A stretch of 59,722 nt of DNA, counting the filler. It is 9 parts of 9 records of this genome, joined end to end, with 100 filler letters (N's around TTAATTAATTAA, not from the genome) between each part and the next. Parts side by side here need not be neighbours in the genome. Positions count along the whole stretch, not along the records: positions 13,833 to 19,701 come from SRR31156797_58616; positions 19,802 to 28,175 come from SRR31156797_58637; 7 more parts are not named here. One strand, written 5' to 3'. Of the stretch, positions 18,313-28,275 are shown in pieces. How positions within the stretch are numbered: position 1 is the stretch's first letter; each line of letters opens with the position of its first letter. A model generated the notes under the pieces. The model was given only the letters and a program-made list of their open reading frames with translations, did not search any database and was not told the DNA's origin. The translations under genes were made by a program, and so were the position numbers.

Positions 18313-19701
18313 CTAATCTCCGGTCGTCCACCGTTCAATGACCGGAAAAAGGGTCTCCGGTTTGATGGGCTTCGTGACGTAATCATCCATGCCAGCGGCC
18401 AGGCATTTCTCCCGGTCCCCTACCATGGCGTGGGCCGTCATGGCGATGATGGGGATACGGTTTTGGGAAGTGCTTTCCCGTTTTCGGATCTTGCGGGTAG
18501 CGGTATATCCGTCCATTACGGGCATCTGCACATCCATCAGAACAACGTGAAATCTCTCCTTTAAAAGGGCGTCAAGGGCGGCTTGGCCGTTTTCGGCCAC
18601 CATCACCCGGTGCCCTCTCTTTTCCAGGATTTTGGCGGCCAGCTTCTGGTTGACCACATTGTCTTCAACCAACAGGATGCGCAGTTTGCGGCGGACCTCT
18701 TCAACCGTGTAACGGGTGATGATCGAACCCTTCTTTATGTCGTGTCCCATGGAAAGGTGCAGGGCATCCAGCAGATCCGCCTGTTTCACCGGCTTGAGAA
18801 GGTAGGCGGAAATACCCATATGACTGCATTCGGCCGCGTCTCCCCGTCGTCCGGCCGACGTGAGCAGGATGATGCTGAGGTTTTCCCCTACCCCTTGGTC
18901 TTTTATGTTTTTGACGGTTTCATATCCGTTTAGGTTCGGCATGTGGAAATCCAGCAGCAGGAAACGATAAGGGTCGCCCCTGTCCATTCCCTTTTTCAGT
19001 TCACCAATGGCTTCATTTCCCCCTGATACGGCCTTTGGTTTCATTCCCCAGGCGGTGGTCATTTCCATGAAGACTTTACGGTTCATTCGGTTATCGTCAA
19101 CAATGAGCAGCGGCAGCCCCCGAAGGCTTTTTGTATCCGCCGGCAGGGAGGGGGCCGATACCAGGTCGCCCGGTATGAACCGGGCTGTAAAATGAAAAAT
19201 GCTCCCTTCCCCTTCTTTGCTTTCCACCCAGATCCGGCCCATCATCAATTCCGCCAGTTGTTTACTGATGGCCAGGCCCAGACCGGTGCCGCCGTACCGG
19301 CGGGTGACCGAACCGTCCGCCTGGTTAAAACTTTCAAAAATGGTGGCGCCTTTTTCCGGTGCAATGCCGATGCCGGTGTCGGAAACCGAGAAATGGAGCA
19401 GGATACTGTCGTCCGTCTCTTCCTCAAGGGCCACGCCGATCACCACTTCGCCCGTTTCCGTAAACTTGATGGCGTTACCGGCCAGGTTGACCACGATCTG
19501 GCGGAGGCGCACCGGATCCCCTTTCAGGAGGGTGGGGACATCGGGTTTGATGCGGCAAATCAGTTCAATATCCTTTTCATGGGCCTTTACCGCCAGGGGG
19601 TCCATGGCATTTTCCAGGGTGGTACGAAGATCAAAATCGATGGCTTCCAGTTCAAGCTTCCCCGCTTCCACCTTTGAAAAATCGAGGATGTCGTTGATAA
19701 T
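18313..19701 (-). CDS. Hybrid sensor histidine kinase (HATPase-REC-REC), 5' truncated
   Basis: IINDILDFSKVEAGKL, GNAIKFT, DTGIGI, GGTGLGL and two receiver domains. Confidence 0.95.
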   Translation of the reverse strand: MINDILDFSKVEAGKLELEAIDFDLRTTLENAMDPLAVKAHEKDIELICRIKPDVPTLLKGDPVRLRQIVVNLAGNAIKFTETGEVVIGVALEEETDDSILLHFSVSDTGIGIAPEKGATIFESFNQADGSVTRRYGGTGLGLAISKQLAELMMGRIWVESKEGEGSIFHFTARFIPGDLVSAPSLPADTKSLRGLPLLIVDDNRMNRKVFMEMTTAWGMKPKAVSGGNEAIGELKKGMDRGDPYRFLLLDFHMPNLNGYETVKNIKDQGVGENLSIILLTSAGRRGDAAECSHMGISAYLLKPVKQADLLDALHLSMGHDIKKGSIITRYTVEEVRRKLRILLVEDNVVNQKLAAKILEKRGHRVMVAENGQAALDALLKERFHVVLMDVQMPVMDGYTATRKIRKRESTSQNRIPIIAMTAHAMVGDREKCLAAGMDDYVTKPIKPETLFPVIERWTTGD

Positions 19702-19801
19702 NNNNNNNNNNNNNNNNNNNNNNNNNNNNNNNNNNNNNNNNNNNNTTAATTAATTAANNNNNNNNNNNNNNNNNNNNNNNNNNNNNNNNNNNNNNNNNNN
19801 N
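19702..19801. other. Artificial contig spacer
   Basis: N44-TTAATTAATTAA-N44. Confidence 0.99.
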
Positions 19802-19803
19802 CA

Positions 19804-20496
19804 TATGAGGCAAGAAACATCTCCACGGACATGTCGTTTCTCGAGATGTTCGACGTGGTGAACGAAGGGCTGATCCTGGAAGGCAAGGACCCCATCGCCT
19901 TTGATCACGACTGCCGGGAGGGCATCTGCGGGGCCTGCGGGGCCGTGGTGAACGGCCGGGCCCATGGACCCGAGGAGGGCACCACCCTGTGCCAGCTCCA
20001 CATGCGGCATTTCAATGACGGCGACGTGGTGGTGGTGGAACCCTGGCGGTCCAAGGCCTTTAAGATCGTCAAGGACCTGGTGGTTGACCGGAGCGCCCTG
20101 GATAAGATCATCCAGGCCGGCGGCTATATCTCCGTGAACACCGGCGGCGCCCCCGACGCCAACGCCATCCCCATTGCCCAGGAGGTGTCGGACCTTGCCA
20201 TGGACGCGGCCTCCTGCATCGGCTGCGGGGCCTGCGTGGCTTCCTGTCCCAATGCCTCGGCCATGCTGTTCGTCGGCGCCAAGGTGTCCCAGCTGAAGCT
20301 GCTGCCCCAGGGGGAGATCGAATCCGACAAACGGGCCATTGCCATGGTGGAAGCCATGGATAGCCTGGGATTTGGCAACTGCACCAACGAGGGCGAGTGC
20401 GAGGTGGAGTGTCCCAAGGGGGTCTCCATCACCAATATCGCGCGGCTCAACCGCTCCTACTTCAAGGCCAGGAGCCTGTTCAAGAAAAACAAGTAA
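19804..20496 (+). CDS. sdhB: Succinate dehydrogenase/fumarate reductase Fe-S subunit (5' truncated)
   Basis: [34 protein letters not shown] and [14 protein letters not shown]. Confidence 0.93.
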   Translation, partial: YEARNISTDMSFLEMFDVVNEGLILEGKDPIAFDHDCREGICGACGAVVNGRAHGPEEGTTLCQLHMRHFNDGDVVVVEPWRSKAFKIVKDLVVDRSALDKIIQAGGYISVNTGGAPDANAIPIAQEVSDLAMDAASCIGCGACVASCPNASAMLFVGAKVSQLKLLPQGEIESDKRAIAMVEAMDSLGFGNCTNEGECEVECPKGVSITNIARLNRSYFKARSLFKKNK

Positions 20497-20516
20497 TTCC
20501 GCCTTGAATTGATACC

Positions 20517-20553
20517 GGTCCCGGCCCCACGGTCAGCGTGTGGGGCCGGGACC
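20517..20553. terminator. Strong hairpin between convergent genes
   Basis: GGTCCCGGCCCCAC / GTGGGGCCGGGACC form a perfect 14-bp stem with a 9-nt loop. Confidence 0.7.
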
Positions 20554-20625
20554 CCTTTCCCATCCTTTGAACCGATACCCGCACCCCGATCATGATAAGA
20601 ATGGGCTTTATCGTGAGATAGAATC

Positions 20626-21303
20626 TTATTTCTTTGTGGCCAGGAAAACCGCATGGCAGTACCCGCCCTTGCCGGCCCGCTTGAATGCCGCGGAAAATCC
20701 GCCATTGGCAAGGCGCTTCATGAACCCTTCGTCGTGGTTTTCCCCCCAGACCGCAAAGGTGCCGCCGGGATTGAGGGCCTTGCGGGCCCGTTCGATGGCC
20801 CGGGTGCCGTAAAAGGGATCGTCCCGTTTGTCCGTGCGGGGATGGGGACCCCGGTAGAGGTCCAGGATGATGGCGTCAAACCGGTCTTTGCCCGAAGCGT
20901 TGCGGATGCCCTCCACAACGTCCCCCACCTCCACCGTCACCCGGGGATCGGCCACCGCGCCATGGGTGAGCTCGAGCAGCGGTCCCTGGCACCATTTCAC
21001 GATCTGGGGGTTGAGTTCCCGGACCACCACGGTGGCGGTGGGGGGCAGGGTGTCCAGCACCGCCCGCAAGGTGATGCCCATGCCAAGCCCGCCCACCAGG
21101 ACCCGTGGGGCCGGATGGTTGGCAAGGGGCCCGGCCCCCAGCTCTCCCAGGGCGATCTCCGAGCGCTGGGCCATGGAGTTCATGAGCACCTGGGTGCCAA
21201 GGGAGATGATAAAGTCCCGCTTTCCCCGCTGACGGAGCTCCAGCACCCCCTCCTCTTCGGTGATGAATCGATCGATAATTTTCCAGGGCAGTGCCATGGC
21301 CAT
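20626..21303 (-). CDS. Spermidine-synthase-like SAM-dependent transferase
   Basis: LELRQRG..F.I....VLMNS...SE, VLVGGLGMG, FDAIILDLYRGP and LNPGG.FAVW. Confidence 0.82.
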   Translation of the reverse strand: MAMALPWKIIDRFITEEEGVLELRQRGKRDFIISLGTQVLMNSMAQRSEIALGELGAGPLANHPAPRVLVGGLGMGITLRAVLDTLPPTATVVVRELNPQIVKWCQGPLLELTHGAVADPRVTVEVGDVVEGIRNASGKDRFDAIILDLYRGPHPRTDKRDDPFYGTRAIERARKALNPGGTFAVWGENHDEGFMKRLANGGFSAAFKRAGKGGYCHAVFLATKK

Positions 21304-21645
21304 AATCCTTTTTGTTTTTAAATGGTTAAACGCATAAAAGCGATCCTTTGTAGATGGTATCGCCGGATTTGTCAACACCTGTCTGAAAAAGTCCTGCCGG
21401 ATCGCCCTGGCGGCCCGGGGGATGGCGGCTGTGATCGGTCGGAGCGTTGGCAGGCTTCGGCGCCGGGGGTGTCAGGGGACAATGGCCCCCGGGAGCTGCC
21501 GGGGGATCTGATTTATGGGTTGCATTTGCCCGGTGCCGGGGGTAGATTAATGGGAACCGCCTGGCTTGCCTCATGGATGAAACGCCTCTCTTTTTCAGTG
21601 GATTGACGTCAACCCCTGTCCGTAACAGATGAAAAAGGAGACCTT

Positions 21646-22894
21646 ATGATGAGCCCCATGATAAGAAATTTTTGCTTTTGTCTGGCAAGTTTGATCGTCG
21701 CGTCCTGCGCCACCCTTCCCGCCAACCATCTCGACCTTTACCAGCGCTCCATGGAGATCCGGGACCGGGACAGGGAAGCGGAAATCCTTTCCAAGGCGTC
21801 TGTGGTTTCCACCCGTGATCCGGGCCTGAACGATCTTAAGGTGGTCCGCCTCAAGGGCACTCCCTATGAGATGGGCTTCCAGCACGGCCGCCTGCTCCAA
21901 AAGGAGGTGCGCGAAAGCGTCACCCACGTGATGAAGCTTGCAAGCCTGTATGCCAAACATGATATGATGGACGAGGTGTACGACCTCATGGCCCCCTACA
22001 TTCCCCTTGAGGAAAAGGAGGAGATGCGGGGGCTTGCCCATGGCGCCGGTCTTCCCCTGCGCATGGTTCACTGGTACCACGCCATTCCCGCCGTATCCGA
22101 ATATAAGTACAAGAAGCGGTTCTCAAAGGGGTTCACCAGCACCAGCTGCAGCAACATGGTGGCCTTTGACCGGGCCACGGCGGACGGCCGCATGTACCAG
22201 ATGCGGGTCCTTGACTGGAACCGGAAGATGGGGGTGCATCGCTGGCCCGTGATCCTGGTCCATGAACCCGACCTGGGCAATGCCTCGGTAACCTACTCCT
22301 TTGCCGGCTTCATCGGGTGCGTCACCGGGATGAACGACCAGCACATGGCCTTTGGGGAGATGGGGTATGGCAATCCCCCCAACGAAACCCTGGAGGGCAT
22401 TCCCTTTGTCTTTCTCTTTCGGAAGCTGATGCGGGAGGCCTCCACCCTGGATCAGGCCGTGGCCATGATCCAAAACGCCCAACGGACCTGCTCCTATGTC
22501 TATCTCATCAGCGACGCCAAACGGAGCGAGGCGGAGACCAACGCCCTGATGTTCATCTCGGACCGGGATCGCGTCGTAACCTTCAGGGAGAATACGGTGT
22601 TGGAGGATGAGCGGGACGACGATGTGTTCCCGGCCATCGATGACGCCCTCTATGCCGGGGCCCGGGCCAAGAAGCTTCACCGGGCGTTGACCCTATGGCA
22701 GCCTGGATGCCCCGGCCCTCATGGAGATATCCAAACGGGTCTCTCTCAAGGGAAATATCCAGAACGTGGTGTTCAAGCCGGAAACCCTTGAAAGCTGGTC
22801 CTCCTACGCCACCACCTCCGATCCCCGGGACGAGTCGGGCAAGGCGTGCAACCAGAAGTGGTTTTATTTTGATTTTAAAAAGGCGCTGGAGTAG
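21646..22894 (+). pseudogene. C45-family Ntn-hydrolase lipoprotein with an apparent frameshift near 22693
   Basis: Lipobox LIVASC, GTPYEMGFQHG, nucleophile S|CSN, R.LDW, GFIG..TGMN. A plausible C-terminus (YGSLDAPALMEISKRVSLKGNIQNVVFKPETLESWSS...FDFKKALE*) continues in another frame, 22694-22894. Confidence 0.75.
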
Positions 22895-23877
22895 TCCCGG
22901 GGCGTAAGTTTTTGCCTGAAAAAATCCAGGGCCGCCCACCGGACATAATACAGGTAGAGGATGGCCGAGTAATGGCCGGACACAAGATAGATGGTCTCGG
23001 GGTTCCCGATCCGCTTCTTGAGTTCCTGGCCCTTTTCAAAGGGAACGGCCCGGTCGAACAGGGCCAGGATCATCATGCTTTGGGCAGCGTCGATGTGGCG
23101 GGCATATGCCATGGGATCGCAGGCAATGGTGGTCGCCAGCTGTTGATAAAATTGATCCGGGGTGAGGTTGTTGGCCGCCATGTACTTGAGCCGCCGTTTT
23201 TCCACCCCCCGCTCCGTGGAGTAGGTCAGGATATGGGGAAGGTCCCCGCCGGCCAGGGCCAGGACCGACGCCTTGACCCGCTTGTCCAGGGCGCTCACCA
23301 GGGCGGCCTTGATGCCCCCCATGCTGACGCCGAAGACCCCGGTCCTCTCGGCGTCAAGCTCTTTTCTCGTTTCGATCCAGTCCAGCACCTGCCGGTGGTC
23401 CAGGACGATCTGGCGCAACGCCCGGTCCACCCGGTGGAGCTGCTTGATCTTTTTGTACTCCTTTTGACGATGCACGATCACCGCGGCATAGCCGTTGTCG
23501 GCAAAGTAGGCGGCAAAGATTTTTGCTATGGCGTTGTTGCCCCCGAGGATGGGCAGCACCATGATCACCGGATGCTTTTCCTCTTTTCCGATATCGTAGT
23601 AATCAATGGTGATGGGACCGGCCGGGATCAGGTTTCGGGTGGAGGGGAAGGTGATACTTTTGATAATGAAGTTTTCCTCTTTCTTGAGAATTTTTTCCCC
23701 ATAGGGACCGGTGTAGGCGGGATAGCTGTACTCTCGCTCAAGGGCCGTCGGCAGGGGCTCAGGCCCCTGGTATCGGGAATCCATGGGCAGGTGGGCGCAG
23801 GAGGTCAGGAAAAAAAGCGCCGGGACAAGGAGGATTTTGCCTAAAGGTTTTGAGCAATGGGCCGAAAGTAATGCCAT
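22864..23877 (-). CDS. Alpha/beta-hydrolase lipoprotein
   Basis: Lipobox FLTSC, nucleophile elbow GVSMGG, FDRAVP (Asp) and SGHY (His). The start position is uncertain. Confidence 0.82.
   Translation of the reverse strand: MALLSAHCSKPLGKILLVPALFFLTSCAHLPMDSRYQGPEPLPTALEREYSYPAYTGPYGEKILKKEENFIIKSITFPSTRNLIPAGPITIDYYDIGKEEKHPVIMVLPILGGNNAIAKIFAAYFADNGYAAVIVHRQKEYKKIKQLHRVDRALRQIVLDHRQVLDWIETRKELDAERTGVFGVSMGGIKAALVSALDKRVKASVLALAGGDLPHILTYSTERGVEKRRLKYMAANNLTPDQFYQQLATTIACDPMAYARHIDAAQSMMILALFDRAVPFEKGQELKKRIGNPETIYLVSGHYSAILYLYYVRWAALDFFRQKLTPRDYSSAFLKSK
23842..23868 (+). promoter_or_regulatory. Sigma-28 (FliA) promoter
   Basis: TAAAGGTT-N11-GCCGAAAG versus consensus TAAAGTTT-N11-GCCGATAA, 63 bp upstream of the ATG at 23932. 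Confidence 0.7.
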
Positions 23878-23931
23878 GTGTCTGTGTATCTCCGTTGTTC
23901 TGTAAAAAAAATTAGATTCAAGGAGACCGTT

Positions 23932-25794
23932 ATGACGTCCATTCCATCCAGTATGACTCCCATGGCGCGCCCTGTCAATGCCGGAAGTTATTCCATGCCG
24001 GCCAGACCCGCCACAAGGGCCGCCGGTAAAAATACCCAAGCCACTTCAAATGACACCGATAAGAACGTCTCGTCCCTGTCCCGGACGGATGAAATCATGC
24101 TGAGGGCCCTGGCTCGAAAATACAGCGTGGCCGAGGATGATATTCTTGCCGTGGCGAGAACCCTTGCTAAAGACGAACAGGCCGATTTTATCCGGGCTGC
24201 CGATGGCACGGGAAATCAGCTTCGGAATCTGGTGCGCACCACCAAGGTCCTGAGCAAAAAACAATCTCCGGAAGAACGGGCTCAATACCTTGCCACCGCC
24301 GCAAAGCTTGACGGGGCAGACCGCCGGAACTTCATCAAAACCATTGAAAATGCGCCGTCAAGTCGCGCGCAGCTCATCGCCGTGGTGGATCAACTGGAAA
24401 ATGGCCGCGGGGAGGATCTGTCCAATTTCCTTGAAGCTGCGGAATCCGCTGATTCCCATGCCCGGGAGTTCATTGCCCAGGTCCGGGCCTTCCATGGCGA
24501 TTCCGGCATGAAACGGGTTGAGTTCTCCGACTATCTGGGGGCCGCCGTAAAAGCAGGGGATGCCGTGTCAACCTTCGTGGACACGGCGGACAAGCTCACA
24601 ACTTCCGGGGTCACGGCCCTTACCGATCTTGTGAACGAAAAGCTCGATGACACGGGGCTGGCCGATTTCTTTCGCGGCGTTAAGAGGGTACAGGCGGACA
24701 CCCTCTTAACTGTCATTGATCTTGCCGCCCGATTTTCGGCCAGGGACAGGGGCAATTTTCTCGGTACCCTTGCCCAGGCCGGCACCCACGGGGATACTTT
24801 TCTAACCCGGGTGGTGGCCATGGAGCAAGACACCGGCAGCCGGGAAACCCTTTCCCATTTCCTTGAAATCATGGAAAAGGCCGAGGCAAAAATCGGGATC
24901 GGCATGGTGCATTTTGATACCATGGACCACGGGTTTGCCGCCGGGCTTTCCACCATTGACATGGCCAATTACCTTGCGTTGGTCCAGGACCACGGGGAGC
25001 ACCTGGAAGGGATTGAAACCCTGGCAGGCCAGCTTTCCGGGGAGGATCGCAGCCTGTTTCTCTACGCGGCTGCCCATTCAGAGGATGTTCCGGGGCTGAT
25101 GGATGAAGTCAACGCCCTTGACGGGGAGGCGCGGACTGCCTTTCTCGTGGAACGGGCCAACAAGGGGGCCGGCAACGACGCCTTTATCTATATGAAGGGG
25201 CTTCTCGGGGAGGCGGGGTACAAGAATTTCACCATTGTCGGGGAGCTGCTCCACGACGGGACCCGGGAGATCGTTAAGGAGATGGTGGAAAACCAGGATG
25301 CCGGGTCCAGGAACCGGTGGTTGGACCTTGCCACAGGGTCGGCTGAAAGCGCAAAGGGAGTGGTTCACCTGGTGTCCAATCTTTCCAAACAGGACCAGGA
25401 GACCTTTCTGACCATGACCCGGGGCCTTGAACGGTATCAACAGGATAAGTGGATCAAGGCCATGGATCGGGGGCTGGACAAGGCTTCCGATATCCTGTCC
25501 CTGGCCCGGACCCTGGGGGCCCCGGCCCGGGAATCCCTGGCAGAAGCGGTCTCCGGTGCTGAAACCAAGGATCTTGGCGCGTTCCTGGGGATGTTTGACT
25601 ATTTGGGGCGGGAGGAGCGGATCACGTTTCTCAGGGCGGCGGATGAGGTGGGCACCGCCCTGGGGCGGCTGGTGGAACAGAGCCATCGCCTCATGGGGCA
25701 TCCGACATGGACCGATCATTTTACGGCCTTCCTGAATACGGTGGATATGCTGCGGGGGCCCATGATCGCCTATCATATCGATACCGTTATCTGA
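23932..25794 (+). CDS. Uncharacterised 620-aa helical-repeat protein
   Basis: SD AAGGAG; low-complexity S/T/P/A N-terminus; many ~30-aa units such as SGEDRSLFLYAAA, GREERITFLRAAD, SARDRGNFLGTLA; ends ...HIDTVI. Confidence 0.8.
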   Translation: MTSIPSSMTPMARPVNAGSYSMPARPATRAAGKNTQATSNDTDKNVSSLSRTDEIMLRALARKYSVAEDDILAVARTLAKDEQADFIRAADGTGNQLRNLVRTTKVLSKKQSPEERAQYLATAAKLDGADRRNFIKTIENAPSSRAQLIAVVDQLENGRGEDLSNFLEAAESADSHAREFIAQVRAFHGDSGMKRVEFSDYLGAAVKAGDAVSTFVDTADKLTTSGVTALTDLVNEKLDDTGLADFFRGVKRVQADTLLTVIDLAARFSARDRGNFLGTLAQAGTHGDTFLTRVVAMEQDTGSRETLSHFLEIMEKAEAKIGIGMVHFDTMDHGFAAGLSTIDMANYLALVQDHGEHLEGIETLAGQLSGEDRSLFLYAAAHSEDVPGLMDEVNALDGEARTAFLVERANKGAGNDAFIYMKGLLGEAGYKNFTIVGELLHDGTREIVKEMVENQDAGSRNRWLDLATGSAESAKGVVHLVSNLSKQDQETFLTMTRGLERYQQDKWIKAMDRGLDKASDILSLARTLGAPARESLAEAVSGAETKDLGAFLGMFDYLGREERITFLRAADEVGTALGRLVEQSHRLMGHPTWTDHFTAFLNTVDMLRGPMIAYHIDTVI

Positions 25795-25853
25795 TGCTCG
25801 GTTGGGGACACCCGCCTGCCCCGGACGGTGCAAGCGGGTGTATGAACGTTTTT

Positions 25854-26768
25854 TTACCGGGCGAGGGTGTCCGCCACCTTTCGTATGGTTCTGGCGGTTT
25901 CGGTCTTGCACCGCTCGTTTTCAGCGTTTGACAACTCGTCGAATTTCATGAGTTCCAGTCGTCTGATATGGTTCAGGAACTTCAGGACGGCCTGGCTTGC
26001 CAGGTCTTCCGCCCTTTTTGAACGAAGGGGTTTTTCCGTTATGGCTCTGATGGGGGCCGCGGCATGGCCCAGGGGATCCTTGGGATCGCTGAAGCGCCGG
26101 ATCAGGAGCTCATGGATGAGGAGGAACAGGGCATCCACCCGGTTGCTCTTTATCAGGGTGGGGCTGTGGAAAAAGGAGCGGCTCTCCTCCACACCAAGGT
26201 CGCCCCGGGAGAGATCCATGCTTCGCTCAAACCAGTTGAGGGTGTACCGTTCGTGGTCTTCACGGCTCCAGTTGTCCTTTTCCCAGGCATGGGCCCGGAT
26301 GAGCTTGGTCAGTTCGGACAGGCACACCTCCTGGGAGGGAAAATCGTAGGTGCCGAGAAGGGCGCCGGCCTCAAAAATGTCGGCCCCGGGCTTGGTGGCC
26401 CGGGGGGAAATTTCGGCACACACGATCCTGAGTTCCGGGCCTGGCCGGGCAATCATGATTTTGTAGGAGGGCTCTTCCCGGTCGATCCGCTGAAGCTCTT
26501 CGGCCGATTCCGGGGGAATGACAGCCCCGGCAACGGTGGGCGGTAAAAAAGCGGCGATCAGGTTGGGACTGAGGTCAACGGCCTCCAGGGCCGATTTGAA
26601 AACAGGGACGTCCGCCTGGGAAAGGGGGCCCACCGGGGTGAGTTTGCCGGGCTCCACATGGGGGGTGAAAAGATCGAGCATTGCCTCGAGCCCGCCCTGC
26701 CAGTGGGCGCTTCTGGGGTCTTTACCGCTGTCGATCCATTGGTTGACTTTTCGGGATATCTGGTCCAT
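25854..26768 (-). CDS. Hypothetical protein (304 aa)
   Basis: Long ORF with SD (GGAGAAGGA) and protein-like composition; no motif recognised. Confidence 0.72.
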   Translation of the reverse strand: MDQISRKVNQWIDSGKDPRSAHWQGGLEAMLDLFTPHVEPGKLTPVGPLSQADVPVFKSALEAVDLSPNLIAAFLPPTVAGAVIPPESAEELQRIDREEPSYKIMIARPGPELRIVCAEISPRATKPGADIFEAGALLGTYDFPSQEVCLSELTKLIRAHAWEKDNWSREDHERYTLNWFERSMDLSRGDLGVEESRSFFHSPTLIKSNRVDALFLLIHELLIRRFSDPKDPLGHAAAPIRAITEKPLRSKRAEDLASQAVLKFLNHIRRLELMKFDELSNAENERCKTETARTIRKVADTLAR

Positions 26769-26915
26769 TTGTCGTCCTTCTCCAGCTCTATAAAGTTAAC
26801 AGTCTACAATTCGGCTCCGTTTCAACGCTAAAAACGGTATCAAACCAGATTCCCACCAGGCTTGTCAAACCTTTTACCTGAAAAGGGAGCCTGGTCCGTG
26901 CGTGATCCCCGGGGC

Positions 26916-28052
26916 TCAGGAGGGCCGGTTGCCGGGCGGTTTTGACCGGTACCGGTCCATGACCGACCTGCCCGCCATGGATAGCAGGCCTGCCGGCCCC
27001 ATTTTTCCCCGTTTCCACAGGAGCTTTAACGAGGCCGAAACAATATCCTTTGGCACAGGGGGCTGAAGGGGGGCGGGTTTTCGTTCTAAGGACAGGGCCT
27101 TTGACGGACAGGTGGAGACGCACAGGCCGCAGCCGATGCACCGGTCCGGAGCCAAGTGGGCCTGGTGGCTGTCCATGGTGATGGCATCCATGGGACACCG
27201 TTTTTCGCAGACGCCGCAGCCCGTGCACAGATCCGGGATGAGGGCGGCCAGGAACGGCGATGCCACCAGGTGCCCGGGGGCGGGATGGGTCTTGAGGGTT
27301 CTCAACACCCCGCAGCAGCAACCGCAGCAGCAGCAGAGCCAGGAGATCTCCCGGCCGTTGCTCGGCTGGAGCACTAACCCTGCCCGGTCCGCCTGCTTGA
27401 GGATCTCGAGGACCTCGGTCAGGGTTGCCCGGCGGCCGACCTTGTTCTTGAGAAAGAAATCTTCGTCATCCCCAAATGAGAGGCAGACATCCAGGGGCTT
27501 GTCACACCCCTCCTGCTGCATCTGTCGTTCTTTCCGGCAGATGCAGGGCGCCACCACAAAGTGGCGTTTGGCTTTGACCAGTTCTTCGGCCCGCTCATAG
27601 GTCATGATCTCAAGCTGGGGGGTGATGCTTCGGCCCACGGGAACGGTTCGCATCTGGGGAATCTTTTGCCAGATCTCCGGGTCCATGAGATCCGGCATAT
27701 AGTCGTTCATCAGGGAGACAAGCTCCGGGGTGAGCCGGTCCACCTGGAGTTCCCAGATGCCCACCACGAACTGGGCCGCCATGTAGGCCGCTGCTTTGTC
27801 CGGCTGTTTGGACCGGAAAATGAGTCCCTTTGCGGCCATGGCTTCCAGGCGCTGTTCCGTTTCACCCAGGGGCAGGCCTGCCCGGAATGCGATGGTCCGG
27901 GCGGTTTCCGATATCAGGGTCAGGCAGAGGGCAAGGGTTGCCTCTTCCTGTGAGAAGAGCAGTTCCAGGATTTTTATCTCCACCCCCCGTTCCGTGGGAG
28001 GAAAACCGCCGGGAAGGCGGTCCAAATGTTGAGCCAGTTGTTTGTAGAGCAC
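26916..28052 (-). CDS. Cys-rich 4Fe-4S dicluster protein
   Basis: PCICR..C...C, CCCCGCCCG, CTGCGVCEKRCP and CIGCGLCVSTCP; winged-helix-like N-terminus. Confidence 0.87.
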   Translation of the reverse strand: MLYKQLAQHLDRLPGGFPPTERGVEIKILELLFSQEEATLALCLTLISETARTIAFRAGLPLGETEQRLEAMAAKGLIFRSKQPDKAAAYMAAQFVVGIWELQVDRLTPELVSLMNDYMPDLMDPEIWQKIPQMRTVPVGRSITPQLEIMTYERAEELVKAKRHFVVAPCICRKERQMQQEGCDKPLDVCLSFGDDEDFFLKNKVGRRATLTEVLEILKQADRAGLVLQPSNGREISWLCCCCGCCCGVLRTLKTHPAPGHLVASPFLAALIPDLCTGCGVCEKRCPMDAITMDSHQAHLAPDRCIGCGLCVSTCPSKALSLERKPAPLQPPVPKDIVSASLKLLWKRGKMGPAGLLSMAGRSVMDRYRSKPPGNRPS

Positions 28053-28175
28053 GGGAAACCATCCATTGCCAAGGGGTAAACGTTATCAAGCCGAAGGCCT
28101 GAGCATACCAGGAAACCGGCCGCCGGGACAGGTGAATCTGATTTTTCCGGGAACCGCCTTTGCCATAACCGGTCC

Positions 28176-28275
28176 NNNNNNNNNNNNNNNNNNNNNNNNN
28201 NNNNNNNNNNNNNNNNNNNTTAATTAATTAANNNNNNNNNNNNNNNNNNNNNNNNNNNNNNNNNNNNNNNNNNNN
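28176..28275. other. Artificial contig spacer
   Basis: N44-TTAATTAATTAA-N44. Confidence 0.99.

Noticed and set aside
21304-21645. GC-rich 340-bp intergenic region with the palindrome TTGACGTCAA as a possible riboswitch or ncRNA
   Set aside because: I could not match any known aptamer core or build a convincing fold by eye. An Rfam scan would be needed.
26916-28052. Selenocysteine readthrough in the Fe-S and redox genes
   Set aside because: The ORFs are full length with Cys at the motif positions, and no in-frame TGA interrupts a domain.
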